DNA of 64,000 bases from assembly GCA_007693585.1 (NCBI GenBank), contig REDH01000072.1, positions 77,321 to 141,320 on the forward strand, written 5' to 3'. The stretch comes from Deltaproteobacteria bacterium. Lineage in GTDB: Bacteria; Myxococcota_A; Bradymonadia; REDH01. A model generated the notes under the pieces. That model worked only from the letters and a program-made list of their open reading frames with translations, was not told the DNA's origin and ran no database searches. Shown here piece by piece: positions 37,313 through 46,896 of the stretch (positions are counted from its first letter, which is position 1; each line of letters begins with the position of its first letter). The position numbers were made by a program, and so were the translations under genes.

Positions 37313-38524
37313 ATGGAGCTGACGGGAATCCGGTATCTGGACGATCTGGACGTGTCGGGACGCGTCGTGTTCGTGCGCGTGGACTTCAACGTTCCGCTGT
37401 CGGAGGGCGCGGTGGCGGACGAGAGCCGTATCCGTGCCTCGCTGCCGACCATCGCCCACCTGCGGGAAGCGGGTGCGCGGGTGGTGCTCGCGAGTCACAT
37501 GGGCCGTCCGGGGGGCAAGCCGGATCCCGCGCTGAGCCTCGCGCCGGCGGGTTCGGTGCTCGCTGGGCTGCTGGACACCGAGGTGGTGCTGCCGGACGAC
37601 TGCGTGGGGGACGGTGTTCGCAAGGTGATTCGGGATCTCGACGACGGCGGCGTGGTCCTGCTGGAGAACCTGCGTTTCCACGAGGCGGAGACCCGGAACG
37701 ACCCGCTGTTCGCGTCGTGCCTCGCGGAGCACGCGAGCGTGTACGTGAACGATGCGTTCGGCACGGCGCACCGGGCGCACGCGTCGACGTACGGTATGGT
37801 GCGTCACTTCGGAGAGGGGCGAAGGGCGGCGGGCCGGTTGATCGAGCGGGAGCTGGAAGCGCTGGGACCGCTGCTGCGCAACCCTTCGCGTCCGTACGTC
37901 GGCATCGTGGGCGGGGCGAAGGTGAGCGACAAGCTGAAGGTGCTGCAGGCGTTGATTCATCGGCTGGACGTGCTGCTGATCGGGGGGGCGATGGCCTACA
38001 CCTTCCTGGCGGCGCGGGGGGTCCACGTGGGCGCGAGCCGGGTGGAGCCGGATCGCATCGAGACGGCGCGGGCGCTGCTGAAGTCAGCGGAGTCGCGCGG
38101 GGTGCGGGTGCTGCTCCCGGAGGACCATGTGGTGGCGGCGTCGCTGGACGCTGCGAAGGGTCGCGAGACGGGCACGGTGGAGATCCCCGGGGCGGAGATG
38201 GGGCTCGACATCGGGCCGCGGACCATCGCGCGCTTCCGGGAGGCGATCGCCGAGGCGGCCACGGTGTTCTGGAACGGGCCGCTCGGCGTGTTCGAGCGGG
38301 AGCCGTTCGCCCGGGGGACGTTCGCCATCGCGGAGGCGGTGGCGGACTGTGGGGCGAAGACGGTCGTCGGCGGGGGCGACTCGGCCCTTGCCCTCGAGCG
38401 CAGCGGGCGGGCGGGGGACGTCACCCACGTCTCCACGGGCGGGGGAGCGAGCCTGGAGTTCCTCGAAGGGCGGGATCTTCCCGGCATCGCGGCGCTGCGG
38501 GCTGGCCATCGATTCATGGACTGA
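37313..38524 (+). CDS. pgk: Phosphoglycerate kinase
   Basis: VFVRVDFNVPL...VVLASHMGRPGGK...FWNGPLGVFE...GGGDS are PGK motifs. The start could be 37307 or 37313. Confidence 0.95.
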   Translation: MELTGIRYLDDLDVSGRVVFVRVDFNVPLSEGAVADESRIRASLPTIAHLREAGARVVLASHMGRPGGKPDPALSLAPAGSVLAGLLDTEVVLPDDCVGDGVRKVIRDLDDGGVVLLENLRFHEAETRNDPLFASCLAEHASVYVNDAFGTAHRAHASTYGMVRHFGEGRRAAGRLIERELEALGPLLRNPSRPYVGIVGGAKVSDKLKVLQALIHRLDVLLIGGAMAYTFLAARGVHVGASRVEPDRIETARALLKSAESRGVRVLLPEDHVVAASLDAAKGRETGTVEIPGAEMGLDIGPRTIARFREAIAEAATVFWNGPLGVFEREPFARGTFAIAEAVADCGAKTVVGGGDSALALERSGRAGDVTHVSTGGGASLEFLEGRDLPGIAALRAGHRFMD

Positions 38525-38547
38525 TCACCGTTCGAGGAGCTGTCATC

Positions 38548-39306
38548 ATGCGGACCCCCATCATCGTGGGCAACTGGAAGCTGCACACCCTTCGCCGGGA
38601 AGCGCTGGAACTGGCGACCGGCGTCGCGACGGCGGCCGCGGGGCTCGGTGGGCGCGTGGCCTGGGGCGTCGCTCCGCCGGCGCTGTGGATCGGTCCGCTT
38701 CGGGAGGCGCTTGGGGCCGAGGCGGGAATCTGGGCCCAGAACTGCGCCACGGATGCGCGAGGTGCCTTCACCGGAGAGCTCGCGCCGGACATGCTGCGCG
38801 AGGCGGGCGCCTCCGGGGTGATCCTCGGTCACTCGGAGCGCCGGCACGTCTTCGGCGAGCCGGACGAAGCGATCGGACGGAAGGTGAGCCTGGCGCTTGC
38901 GGAAGGACTCGACGTGATCCTGTGCGTGGGTGAGACGCTGGACGAGCGGCGTGCGGGGTCCACCCTCGCGGTGGTGCACCGGCAGCTCGAGCGCGGGCTC
39001 TCTGCGGTGGAGCGCGCCGAAGCGGACCGGATGGTGATCGCCTACGAACCGGTCTGGGCCATCGGTACCGGGGAGACCGCGAGCCCGGCGCAGGCGCAGG
39101 AGGTGCACGCGGGGATTCGCGCATGGCTGGCGGCGCGGTGGGACGAGCCGACGTCCTCGGCGCTGCGCATCCAGTACGGCGGCTCGGCGAAGCCGGCGAA
39201 CGCGGCGGGACTTCTTGCGGAACCGGACGTGGACGGGCTCCTCGTGGGGGGGGCGAGTCTCGATGCGGAGTCCTTCGGGGCGATGCTGGCCTCGGCCGCC
39301 GGTTGA
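38548..39306 (+). CDS. tpiA: Triosephosphate isomerase
   Basis: IIVGNWKLH...ILGHSERR...AYEPVWAIGTG...QYGGS are TIM motifs. Confidence 0.95.
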   Translation: MRTPIIVGNWKLHTLRREALELATGVATAAAGLGGRVAWGVAPPALWIGPLREALGAEAGIWAQNCATDARGAFTGELAPDMLREAGASGVILGHSERRHVFGEPDEAIGRKVSLALAEGLDVILCVGETLDERRAGSTLAVVHRQLERGLSAVERAEADRMVIAYEPVWAIGTGETASPAQAQEVHAGIRAWLAARWDEPTSSALRIQYGGSAKPANAAGLLAEPDVDGLLVGGASLDAESFGAMLASAAG

Positions 39307-39442
39307 ACGCCTTCAGTCGGCACTTGCGCACAGCCGGGGCTTGACCTAGTCTCCGGCGCCTGTTTTCGTGCCGGTCCGCGCCGGTGCCTCCTCCCGGAGT
39401 CCACCGCGCCGACCGCAGCACCCCGGGTCACCCCAGGACGTC

Positions 39443-39925
39443 ATGATCGTCGCGATTTACACCGTATTCATCATCAACTGCTTCTTCCTGTGCCTGGTGG
39501 TGCTCCTGCAGTCCGGCAAGGGCGGGGGCATGGCCGGGATCGGCGGAGGCGGAGGCGGCTCGGCTACCGTCTTCGGGAACCGTGGCGCCACGACGTTCGT
39601 GCAGAAGCTCACGATCGCCTCGGCCGCGCTGTTCATGGGGCTGAGCATGCTGCTCGCCTACCTGTCGACGACCTCCACGGCGACGGACGCGGGCGAGTTC
39701 CGGCCGGCCGCCGTGGCCCCGGCGGAGGTCCCTGAGGCGATGCCGCTCGAGCTTCAGCCGGTGCAGCAGGAGCCCTTGGAGGCCGTGCCGATGGAGCAGG
39801 CCCCCGTGGAGCAGGCACCCGTGGACGCCGAACCCGTGGAGCAGGCACCCGCGGGAGAGCCGTCCGGTGCGGAGGACGCTCCCGCGGCTGAAGATGCTGC
39901 TCCGGCGGAGGATTCGGAAGAGTGA
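39443..39925 (+). CDS. secG: Preprotein translocase subunit SecG, with a Pro/Glu/Ala-rich C-terminal extension
   Basis: MIVAIYTVFIINCFFLCLVVLLQSGKGGGMAGIGGGGGG...FGNRGATTFVQKLT is the SecG core. The extra 60 aa contain PVEQAPV-type repeats. Confidence 0.8.
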   Translation: MIVAIYTVFIINCFFLCLVVLLQSGKGGGMAGIGGGGGGSATVFGNRGATTFVQKLTIASAALFMGLSMLLAYLSTTSTATDAGEFRPAAVAPAEVPEAMPLELQPVQQEPLEAVPMEQAPVEQAPVDAEPVEQAPAGEPSGAEDAPAAEDAAPAEDSEE

Positions 39926-39958
39926 CCGGTCGAGGCGTCGGGCCATGCCGAAAAAGCG

Positions 39959-39987
39959 TTGACCGGTTCCGGCGACGCTGGCATAAC
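39959..39987 (+). promoter_or_regulatory. Candidate sigma70-like promoter for tRNA-Leu (TTGACC-N17-CATAAC)
   Basis: Pattern match only. Lies about 40 bp upstream of the tRNA 5' end. Confidence 0.25.
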
Positions 39988-40027
39988 CCGCCTCCGCCGC
40001 TGACGGGGGCAGCCCCGGCAGGTTCCA

Positions 40028-40108
40028 TGCGAGAGTGGTGGAATTGGCAGACACGCAAGACTAAGGATCTTGTGGCCGCAAGGCTGTGAGGGTTCGAGTC
40101 CCTCCTCT
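40028..40108 (+). tRNA. tRNA-Leu (type II, long variable arm). Anticodon read as AAG by manual folding.
   Basis: Acceptor GCGAGAG / CTCTCGC with discriminator A. 3-bp D-stem. Anticodon stem CAAGA / TCTTG with loop CTAAGGA (U33, anticodon AAG, G37). T-arm GAGGG-TTCGAGT-CCCTC. No encoded CCA. Confidence 0.8.
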
Positions 40109-40115
40109 CGCACTG

Positions 40116-40149
40116 ACGCCCCGGTCTCCCGACCGGGGCGTTTTCGTTT
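40116..40149 (+). terminator. Intrinsic terminator after tRNA-Leu
   Basis: 10-bp perfect stem cgccccggtc / gaccggggcg with a tccc loop, followed by ttttcgtttt. Confidence 0.6.
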
Positions 40150-40214
40150 TCGGCGGCTCGCCTCGGGGTGTATTGCACCCGTGCCGGGGTTTCCGCGAGA
40201 CCAGGGAGGGTGTC

Positions 40215-41492
40215 ATGCTGGATGTTCGCGCCGTACTCGATAACCTGGACGATGTTCGGGAGCGCACGAAGGCCCGTGGCGCGGCATTCGACATCGAGCG
40301 CCTGGCCGCTCTGGCGGAGGAGCGTCGCGATGCGATCCACGCGTTCGAGCAGCTTCGGGCAGAGCAGAAGAGGGCTTCGGGGGAGATGAAGGGGCTCCGT
40401 CCCGGCAGCGAGGAGTTCGACGCGCTGCGCACTCGGCTTCGGGAGATGAGTGATCGGATCAAGGCCCTGGACGAGGCGCGCCGGCTTGCGGACGAGGCGC
40501 TGGAGGCGCTGCTTCTGGAGGTCCCGAATCCGATCGCGCCCGGCGTTCCGCGGGGTGCCAGCGATGCGGACAATGTGGAGGTTCGCCGCTGGGGAACGCC
40601 ACGTTCGTTCGACGGCGAGGAGGTCCGGGACCATGTGGACCTGGCGACGGAGCTTGGGATTCTCGACATGGAGGCCGCGGCGCGGGTGTCGGGGGCGCGC
40701 TTCGCGTTTCTGACTGGCGCGGGAGCCCGTCTCGAGCGCGCGCTGGCATCGCTGATGCTCGACATCCAGACGGTGGAGCACGGCCATGTGGAGGTGGCGG
40801 TCCCGTATCTGGTGCATGCGCCGTCGCTGGTGGGGACTGGGCAGTTGCCGAAGTTCGGGGAGGATCTGTTCCGGGCGGGGGAACACTATCTGATCCCGAC
40901 GGCGGAGGTTCCGCTGACGAATCTCTTCCGGGAGCAGATCATCGAGGGCCTGGAGGAGCCGATTCGGCTCTGTGCGCACACGCCCTGCTTCCGGCGTGAG
41001 GCGGGCAGCCATGGCCGGGACACCCGGGGGCTGATCCGGATGCACCAGTTCTCGAAGGTGGAGATGGTGCGGATCTGCCGTCCGGAGGACAGCGAGGCGG
41101 AGCACGAGTCGATGGTGCACCACGCGTGTCTGGTGCTGGAGCGCCTTGAACTTCCGTACCGGGTGGTGGAGCTGTGTAGCGGCGACATCGGGTTCAGTGC
41201 GGCGCGGTGTTTCGACATCGAGGTCTGGCTGCCGTCGCGCGGCGGATACGTGGAGATCTCGAGCTGTTCGAACTGCCATGACTTCCAGGCGCGTCGGGCG
41301 GGCATCCGCTACCGGCCGGAACCGGGTGCCCGTCCGCAGTTCGCGCACACGCTCAACGGGAGTGGCCTGGCGGTGGGACGCGCGCTGGTGGCGGTGCTGG
41401 AGAACGGCCAGCAGGAGGATGGAAGTGTCCGTCTGCCGGTGGCTCTGGTGCCGTACATGGGGGGCATCGAGGTTTTGCGGAAGGGGGGCTGA
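40215..41492 (+). CDS. serS: Seryl-tRNA synthetase
   Basis: N-terminal coiled-coil MLDVRAVLDNLDDVRERTKARG.... Class II core motifs FRREAGSHGRDTRGLIRMHQFSKVEM and GSGLAVGRALVAVLEN. RBS GGGAGGG. Confidence 0.9.
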   Translation: MLDVRAVLDNLDDVRERTKARGAAFDIERLAALAEERRDAIHAFEQLRAEQKRASGEMKGLRPGSEEFDALRTRLREMSDRIKALDEARRLADEALEALLLEVPNPIAPGVPRGASDADNVEVRRWGTPRSFDGEEVRDHVDLATELGILDMEAAARVSGARFAFLTGAGARLERALASLMLDIQTVEHGHVEVAVPYLVHAPSLVGTGQLPKFGEDLFRAGEHYLIPTAEVPLTNLFREQIIEGLEEPIRLCAHTPCFRREAGSHGRDTRGLIRMHQFSKVEMVRICRPEDSEAEHESMVHHACLVLERLELPYRVVELCSGDIGFSAARCFDIEVWLPSRGGYVEISSCSNCHDFQARRAGIRYRPEPGARPQFAHTLNGSGLAVGRALVAVLENGQQEDGSVRLPVALVPYMGGIEVLRKGG

Positions 41493-41584
41493 GGCCCCCG
41501 GGGCAGCGTCGGATCCGGCGGTTGCCCGGGACAGGTTTCTCTTGCTTCGCGGGCGCTGTCCATGCTAGTCGTGCCGCCCCGCTT

Positions 41585-41667
41585 CGGAGGAGTGGCCGAG
41601 CGGTCGAAGGCGGCGGTCTTGAAAACCGTTGTGCGAAAGCACCGGGGGTTCGAATCCCTCCTCCTCC
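41585..41667 (+). tRNA. tRNA-Ser (anticodon TGA)
   Basis: GGAGGAG acceptor with discriminator G. Anticodon stem CGGT/ACCG around loop CTTGAAA. Long variable arm. T-loop TTCGAAT. Confidence 0.75.
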
Positions 41668-41716
41668 GCTGAGCTGCTCCCCGTCTTTGACAAGTGAATG
41701 TCGGAACGATTCGTCA

Positions 41717-41806
41717 GGAGTGGTGGCCGAGTGGCTGAAGGCGCTCGCCTGCTAAGCGAGTATACGGGCAAAACCCGTATCGAGGGTTCGAATCCCTCCC
41801 ACTCCG
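41717..41806 (+). tRNA. tRNA-Ser (anticodon GCT)
   Basis: GGAGTGG acceptor. Anticodon stem CTCGC/GCGAG around loop CTGCTAA. Long variable arm. GAGGG-TTCGAAT-CCCTC T-arm. Confidence 0.75.
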
Positions 41807-41912
41807 CTGGTTTTCTCCGGTTCGGGAGGCGGTGTCGTGCCAGCCGATTCGCCGTTGACACCTTCGGGTGCGGCGAGTAGGAGCACGCTCCGCTTCCGGA
41901 CGGGAGCCCGAC

Positions 41913-41986
<74 letters not shown>

Positions 41987-42004
41987 CTGGACGAATCGAG
42001 GAGA

Positions 42005-42475
42005 ATGGGCGTGTGCAGTGACGCGGACATCGGGTTCATGCGTCAGGCGCTTGCGCAGGCGAGCGCTTGTCTTCCCGCCGGGGACGTTCCCGTCGGGGCG
42101 GTGCTCGTGCGAGACGGCGAAGTGCTGTCGGTCGGGCGCAATCGCCGTGTGGAGGAGGGTTCTCCCCTGCTCCACGCCGAGCTGGACGCGATCGAACGTG
42201 GAGCCCGTGCACTCGGCTCCTGGCGTCTGGACGCCTGCACCCTGTACGTGACACTGGAGCCGTGCGTGATGTGTGCGGGTGCGGTGCTGCAGTCCAGGGT
42301 GGGCCGGGTGGTCTATGGCGCGGACGATGCGAAGGCCGGTGCGGTCCGGTCACTGTATCAGGTGCTGGAGGATCCACGATCGCCGTTCTCCGTGAAGGTT
42401 TCGCGTGGCGTGCTGGCAGAGGAGTGTGCCGCCTTGCTGCGGTCGTTCTTTCGGGAGCGCCGGGGCGGGAAGTGA
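42005..42475 (+). CDS. tadA: tRNA-specific adenosine(34) deaminase
   Basis: FMRQALAQA...VPVGAVLV...HAELDAIE...TLEPCVMCAGAVLQSRVGRVVYGADDAKAGA are the CDA-fold H(A)E and PCxxC zinc motifs. The ATG at 42005 carries the RBS GAGGAGA and lies 19 bp after tRNA-Arg(ACG). Confidence 0.85.
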   Translation: MGVCSDADIGFMRQALAQASACLPAGDVPVGAVLVRDGEVLSVGRNRRVEEGSPLLHAELDAIERGARALGSWRLDACTLYVTLEPCVMCAGAVLQSRVGRVVYGADDAKAGAVRSLYQVLEDPRSPFSVKVSRGVLAEECAALLRSFFRERRGGK

Positions 42476-42504
42476 GTCTCGCCAGCCGAAGCCGTCGCGA
42501 GTCC

Positions 42505-42591
42505 GGAGGGGTGGCCGAGTGGTCGAAGGCGCTTGACTCGAAATCAAGTGTACGTTCACGCGTACCGTGGGTTCGAATCCCACCCCCTCCG
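42505..42591 (+). tRNA. tRNA-Ser (anticodon CGA)
   Basis: GGAGGGG acceptor. Anticodon stem CTTGA/TCAAG around loop CTCGAAA. Long variable arm. GTGGG-TTCGAAT-CCCAC T-arm. Confidence 0.75.
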
Positions 42592-42647
42592 CTTCGCGGG
42601 CCATCGAACGGTGGCCCCGAACGAATCGTGTCCGACATCACCCGAAT

Positions 42648-42734
42648 GGAGAGGTGGCCGAGTGGTTGAAGGCGCACGCCTGGAACGCGTGTAATCGGGA
42701 AACCGGTTCGTGGGTTCGAATCCCACCCTCTCCG
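42648..42734 (+). tRNA. tRNA-Ser (anticodon GGA)
   Basis: GGAGAGG acceptor. Anticodon stem CACGC/GCGTG around loop CTGGAAC. Long variable arm. GTGGG-TTCGAAT-CCCAC T-arm. Confidence 0.75.
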
Positions 42735-42813
42735 CTGTCGCGTCGCATTCCCGGCTCATCCCGGGCTGTGCGACCCCGGTTATGCCGGGCCCCGCGACGT
42801 ACGACCGTGAATT

Positions 42814-42844
<31 letters not shown>

Positions 42845-42993
42845 GTACGGCGTGTGCGGGGTCCGGCACCCCCCTTCGTGAGTGGCCCCGCGTACGATGC
42901 GCCCTTGTGCTTCCGACGCGGTCCATGCAGCCTGTGCTGGCCCCGGGGTCCCGCCCGGGACTCCACACGCCCCCCCCGGCCAGCGTTTCGCGC

Positions 42994-45228
42994 ATGTCCT
43001 ACGTCGTCCTCGCGCGCAAGTGGCGCCCCCAGAGCTTCGAAGACCTGACGGGCCAGGAGCACGTCGCCCGTACGCTCCGCAATGCCATCGAGCGGGATCG
43101 GGTTCCCCACGCACTCCTGTTCACGGGTGCGCGGGGAGTCGGCAAGACGTCGAGCGCGCGCATCCTCGCGATGGCGCTCAACTGCGAACGGGGACGGAGC
43201 CCGATCCCGTGCGGCGAGTGCTCGTCCTGCGTCGAGATCCAGCAGGGTCGCAGTACCGACGTGCTGGAGATCGACGGTGCATCGAACCGGGGCATCAACG
43301 AGATCCGCGAGCTGCGCGACGGCGTCCGCTACGCGCCGCAGCGGGATCGGTCCAAGATCTACATCATCGACGAAGTCCACATGCTGACGACGGAGGCCTT
43401 CAACGCCCTCCTGAAGACGCTCGAAGAGCCCCCGCCCCACGTGGTCTTCATCTTCGCCACGACCGAGGCGCAGAAGATCCCCGTCACCATTCTCAGCCGC
43501 TGCCAGCGCTTCGACTTTCGGCGCATCGGGCACCGGGACATCGTGGACCGGCTCGCGCACATCGTGCGGAGCGAGGGGATCGCGGTGGACGAGGACGTTC
43601 TCGGACTCATCGCCCGCCAGGCAGCCGGCGGAATGCGGGATGCGCTGAGCCTGCTCGATCAGGTGATCGCCTTCTCGGGAGACGGGATCGACATCGACAC
43701 GGTGAGCGAGATCCTGGGCGCGGCGGACCGCCGAAGACTGTTCGATCTGAGCGAGGCGGTGCTGCGGCGCGACCGCGAAGCGGCCCTCGACGTGCTGGAC
43801 GTCGTGATGCAGCACGGTACCGACCCGATCCACTTCACGGCGGAGTGGGTCAGTCACCTGCGCGACCTCAATGTGGTCGCTGCGGCACCGGACGCCCGTC
43901 ACCTCACGACCCTGACGGACAGCGAGCATGACGACGCTCTCGCCCAGGCGTCCGCGACGCACCCGAGCGTGCTCCATCGCGCGTTCGAGTGCATGGTGGG
44001 CGAGGCCGAGACGATCTCGCGCGCCGCCTGGCCGCGGCTCGTCCTCGAGATGGCCGTTCTCCGCCTCTGCGACATCGAGAGCGTTCACCGGGTGGAGGAG
44101 CTGATCAGCCGCCTCGAGCATCTGGCGGCCGGACATCGGCTTCCATCGGGCGCCGCGGCGGCTCCGGTCGAGACGGAGCCGCGGGACGGAGGGGGCGTCG
44201 GGCGAAAGGGTCCCCGTGGCCGTGCCTCGGCGGCCGGTGCCGCCCGACGAGAGCCGGGCGGGGAGACGGAGGAGGAGCCCTCCCCTGCGGATGCCCCCGT
44301 TGCTGCCCCGGCGGCCGATCCGCCTTCGCCGGCGGCCACGCACGTGCCCGCCGAAGCCCCCCCGGCCGACGCGGCGGCCTTGCCCGTGCACGGGGCCGTG
44401 GGAGGGAGAGCGGAGGAGCAGGTGTCGCCTGGTTCGGTGGACGCGTCCGGCCCGGGCGACGGCGGGGTCGGCGCGACAGCGCCGGAACGAATCATCGCCG
44501 ACGTCCGGGCGGAGGTCTCCGCGGGTCCTGTGGTTGCCACTTTCGCACCGGACGGTTCGTCGACGCCGTCAGGGCCGGACTGCGGAGAGGCGGAGGGAGC
44601 GGCGAACGCATCCGCCGCGGCGGGAAGCGTGTCGGGACCGCAGCCCTCCCCTGCCGCGCCGACGGAGCGCGACGCCGCGAGCCGCCGCGCCGCGGAGGAT
44701 GATGTGGACGAGCCGCTGCCGGAGGCAGGCATGGGCGCGGAGGCGTCGCCGGTGCGGGGCGAGGCCCGAATCACCGCGGGCCGAGAGGTGCCGGAGGGGG
44801 AGGCTCCCCGCGCGGCCAGCCTTGCGCTATGGCGGGAGGTCGTCGCGCTGTGGGATGAGCAGGGCTCTCCGGTCGGTCGGCTGCTGGCGCGCGGCTGGCT
44901 GCTGGACGCGGGTGGGTCGACGATCCGTCTGGCCCTCCCGGGGGCGCTGCTGGAGCAGCTTCGCCCGGGGGTTCTCGACGCGGTGGCTTCGGAGCTCGGA
45001 AGCCGGACGGGACGGGCGGAGCTGGGTATCGGCCTGGTCGAGGTGGAGGAGCTGACTTCGGACGAGCTCGACCAGGGGCTCCAGCTCCTGCGGCTGGAGG
45101 AGGAGGAGCGCGAGGCGCAGCGAGCGGCGATTCGGGAACGGATGGCGGGTCATCCAGCCGTTCGCGAGATTCTGGACACGTGGCCAGCCGCGCGGGCGAG
45201 CTACACGATCAACGAGGACGAGGCCTGA
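42994..45228 (+). CDS. dnaX: DNA polymerase III subunits gamma/tau
   Basis: [24 protein letters not shown]...[18 protein letters not shown] (Walker A) ...[10 protein letters not shown] (zinc module) ...IFIFATTE. Long Pro/Ala-rich tau linker. The internal start is preferred over the ORF start at 42907. Confidence 0.9.
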   Translation: MSYVVLARKWRPQSFEDLTGQEHVARTLRNAIERDRVPHALLFTGARGVGKTSSARILAMALNCERGRSPIPCGECSSCVEIQQGRSTDVLEIDGASNRGINEIRELRDGVRYAPQRDRSKIYIIDEVHMLTTEAFNALLKTLEEPPPHVVFIFATTEAQKIPVTILSRCQRFDFRRIGHRDIVDRLAHIVRSEGIAVDEDVLGLIARQAAGGMRDALSLLDQVIAFSGDGIDIDTVSEILGAADRRRLFDLSEAVLRRDREAALDVLDVVMQHGTDPIHFTAEWVSHLRDLNVVAAAPDARHLTTLTDSEHDDALAQASATHPSVLHRAFECMVGEAETISRAAWPRLVLEMAVLRLCDIESVHRVEELISRLEHLAAGHRLPSGAAAAPVETEPRDGGGVGRKGPRGRASAAGAARREPGGETEEEPSPADAPVAAPAADPPSPAATHVPAEAPPADAAALPVHGAVGGRAEEQVSPGSVDASGPGDGGVGATAPERIIADVRAEVSAGPVVATFAPDGSSTPSGPDCGEAEGAANASAAAGSVSGPQPSPAAPTERDAASRRAAEDDVDEPLPEAGMGAEASPVRGEARITAGREVPEGEAPRAASLALWREVVALWDEQGSPVGRLLARGWLLDAGGSTIRLALPGALLEQLRPGVLDAVASELGSRTGRAELGIGLVEVEELTSDELDQGLQLLRLEEEEREAQRAAIRERMAGHPAVREILDTWPAARASYTINEDEA

Positions 45229-45275
45229 GCAGGCCTCTGCTCCCGAACGGGAGCACAACGTCAGGAGGAGCATCG

Positions 45276-45599
45276 ATGGCGACGAGCAACAAGACCCTGG
45301 GTGGTATCGTCAAGCAGGCGCAGCGGATGAACCAGCAGATCGCGCGCATCACGGACGAGATGTCGGATCGGGAGGTGGAAGCCACGGCGGGCGGTGGTGC
45401 GGTCCTGGCGGTGGTCAATGGCCGCCAGCAGCTGGTTCGGCTGGACATCGATCCGGGCCTGCTGTCGCCGGACGAGGCGGAGACGTTGCGTGAGCTGGTG
45501 ATCACGGCGGTGAACCTGGCGATGGAGAACGCCAAGGAGATGATGAAGACGGAGGTGGACAAGGTGACGGGGGGCCTGCACCTGCCTGGGCTGTACTGA
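45276..45599 (+). CDS. ybaB: Nucleoid-associated protein YbaB/EbfC
   Basis: MATSNKTLGGIVKQAQRMNQQIARITDEM...AGGGAVLAVVNGRQQLVRLDIDP is the YbaB family pattern. RBS AGGAGG. Confidence 0.85.
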   Translation: MATSNKTLGGIVKQAQRMNQQIARITDEMSDREVEATAGGGAVLAVVNGRQQLVRLDIDPGLLSPDEAETLRELVITAVNLAMENAKEMMKTEVDKVTGGLHLPGLY

Positions 45600-45600
45600 G

Positions 45601-46212
45601 ATGCCGGACGGGCGTGATCCGATCACGGAGCTGATCAACCAGCTCACGCGGCTTCCGGGCATCGGCGAGCGGACGGCGGCGCGGCTGGCCTTCCATGTGC
45701 TGGATGGACCACCGGACCTTGCGGAGGCTCTGGCGTCGGCCCTTCGGGCGGTTCGGGAGCGGGTGGTCCGTTGCGGCACCTGTGGGCACCTGACGGAGGA
45801 GGACCCGTGTCGATTCTGTTCGAGTCCGCGGCGCGATCGCTCGCGGATCTGTGTGGTCGAGAGCACACCGGACCTGCTCGCCGTGGAGCAGACCGGTGAG
45901 TACGACGGCCTGTACCATGTGCTGCACGGGCTGATTCGTCCCCTCGAGGGCCGGACGCCGCGTGATCTCAACCTCGCGGGGTTGATGGTGCGCCTGCAGG
46001 CGGGGGGGATCGAGGAGGTGATCCTGGCGACGAATCCGAGCGTGGAGGGAGAGGCCACGGCGCTCTATGTGGCATCGCTGCTTCGGGGAACCGGTGTGTC
46101 CGTGAGCCGCATCGCGAGCGGGCTGCCGATGGGAGGGGAGCTCGAGTATGCGGATCGGGCGACGCTCGGGCGGGCGTTGTCGGCCCGTCGTCGGCTGGAG
46201 GGTGATCCGTAG
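45601..46212 (+). CDS. recR: Recombination protein RecR
   Basis: LINQLTRLPGIGERTAARLAFHVL (HhH), CGTCGHLTEEDPCRFC (C4 zinc finger), Toprim region. Canonical dnaX-ybaB-recR order. Confidence 0.9.
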   Translation: MPDGRDPITELINQLTRLPGIGERTAARLAFHVLDGPPDLAEALASALRAVRERVVRCGTCGHLTEEDPCRFCSSPRRDRSRICVVESTPDLLAVEQTGEYDGLYHVLHGLIRPLEGRTPRDLNLAGLMVRLQAGGIEEVILATNPSVEGEATALYVASLLRGTGVSVSRIASGLPMGGELEYADRATLGRALSARRRLEGDP

Positions 46213-46340
46213 TCGGCGCGAATGTTGCCGGAGCGCCTCCGGCTGTGGTAGGCGGGAAGGGCTGGTTCGGAATGCCGCTCCGTCGTGCCTGTGCACGGGT
46301 GTCGCGATTCCGCTGACAGGCGTCTCATGCGTGAGGATCC

Positions 46341-46826
46341 ATGGCTGCACAGATAGTGATCTTTGAGGAGGAGCAGAAGCGCCTCCAGGAGATTTGCGAC
46401 CGGCTGGGTCAGGAGTCCTTGAGCAAGGCGATCTTCCTGCTCGACAAGAATGGCCAGATTCTGGTGGAGAGTGGCGAGACGGCGCAGATCGACGTGACGA
46501 GTCTCGCATCCCTGGTGGCGGGCACGACGGCGGCGACGAGCAGCCTGGCGAAGCTCCTGGGTGAGGAGGAGTTTCCGGTGCACTTCCACGAGGGCAAGCG
46601 GGACAACCTGCACCTCTCTGTGGTGGCCGAGGAGTACATCCTGACCCTGATCTTCGATCAGCGGTCGAGCCTCGGGCTCGTGCGCCTTCGCGTGAAGAAG
46701 GCGACCGAGCGCCTGGTCGAGGTCTTCCGCGACCTGGCCGAGCGACAGGCGAGCGATCCGGGCAACAACATGTTCGGTGAGATCACCGACGACGATATCG
46801 ACAACCTGTTCAGTGACAGCTTCTGA
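46341..46826 (+). CDS. mglB: Roadblock/LC7-domain GTPase-activating protein MglB
   Basis: The whole length aligns with M. xanthus MglB from memory (QIVIFEEE...FLLDKNGQIL...TSLASLVAG...FHEGKRD...IFDQRSSLGLVRLRVKKA...EITDDDIDNLFSD). Confidence 0.85.
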   Translation: MAAQIVIFEEEQKRLQEICDRLGQESLSKAIFLLDKNGQILVESGETAQIDVTSLASLVAGTTAATSSLAKLLGEEEFPVHFHEGKRDNLHLSVVAEEYILTLIFDQRSSLGLVRLRVKKATERLVEVFRDLAERQASDPGNNMFGEITDDDIDNLFSDSF

Positions 46827-46896
46827 GCGGTCAGGCGTGCGGGTGCCACCCCACCGAGCCTGACACATTCCCCTTCAGGGTGCAGCCGAGGCCGGA

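Noticed and set aside
41540-41584. Possible sigma70 promoter (ttgctt...ctagtc) ahead of the first tRNA-Ser
   Set aside because: The -10 element is too poor to call from sequence alone. tRNA-Ser(TGA) may simply be co-transcribed with serS.
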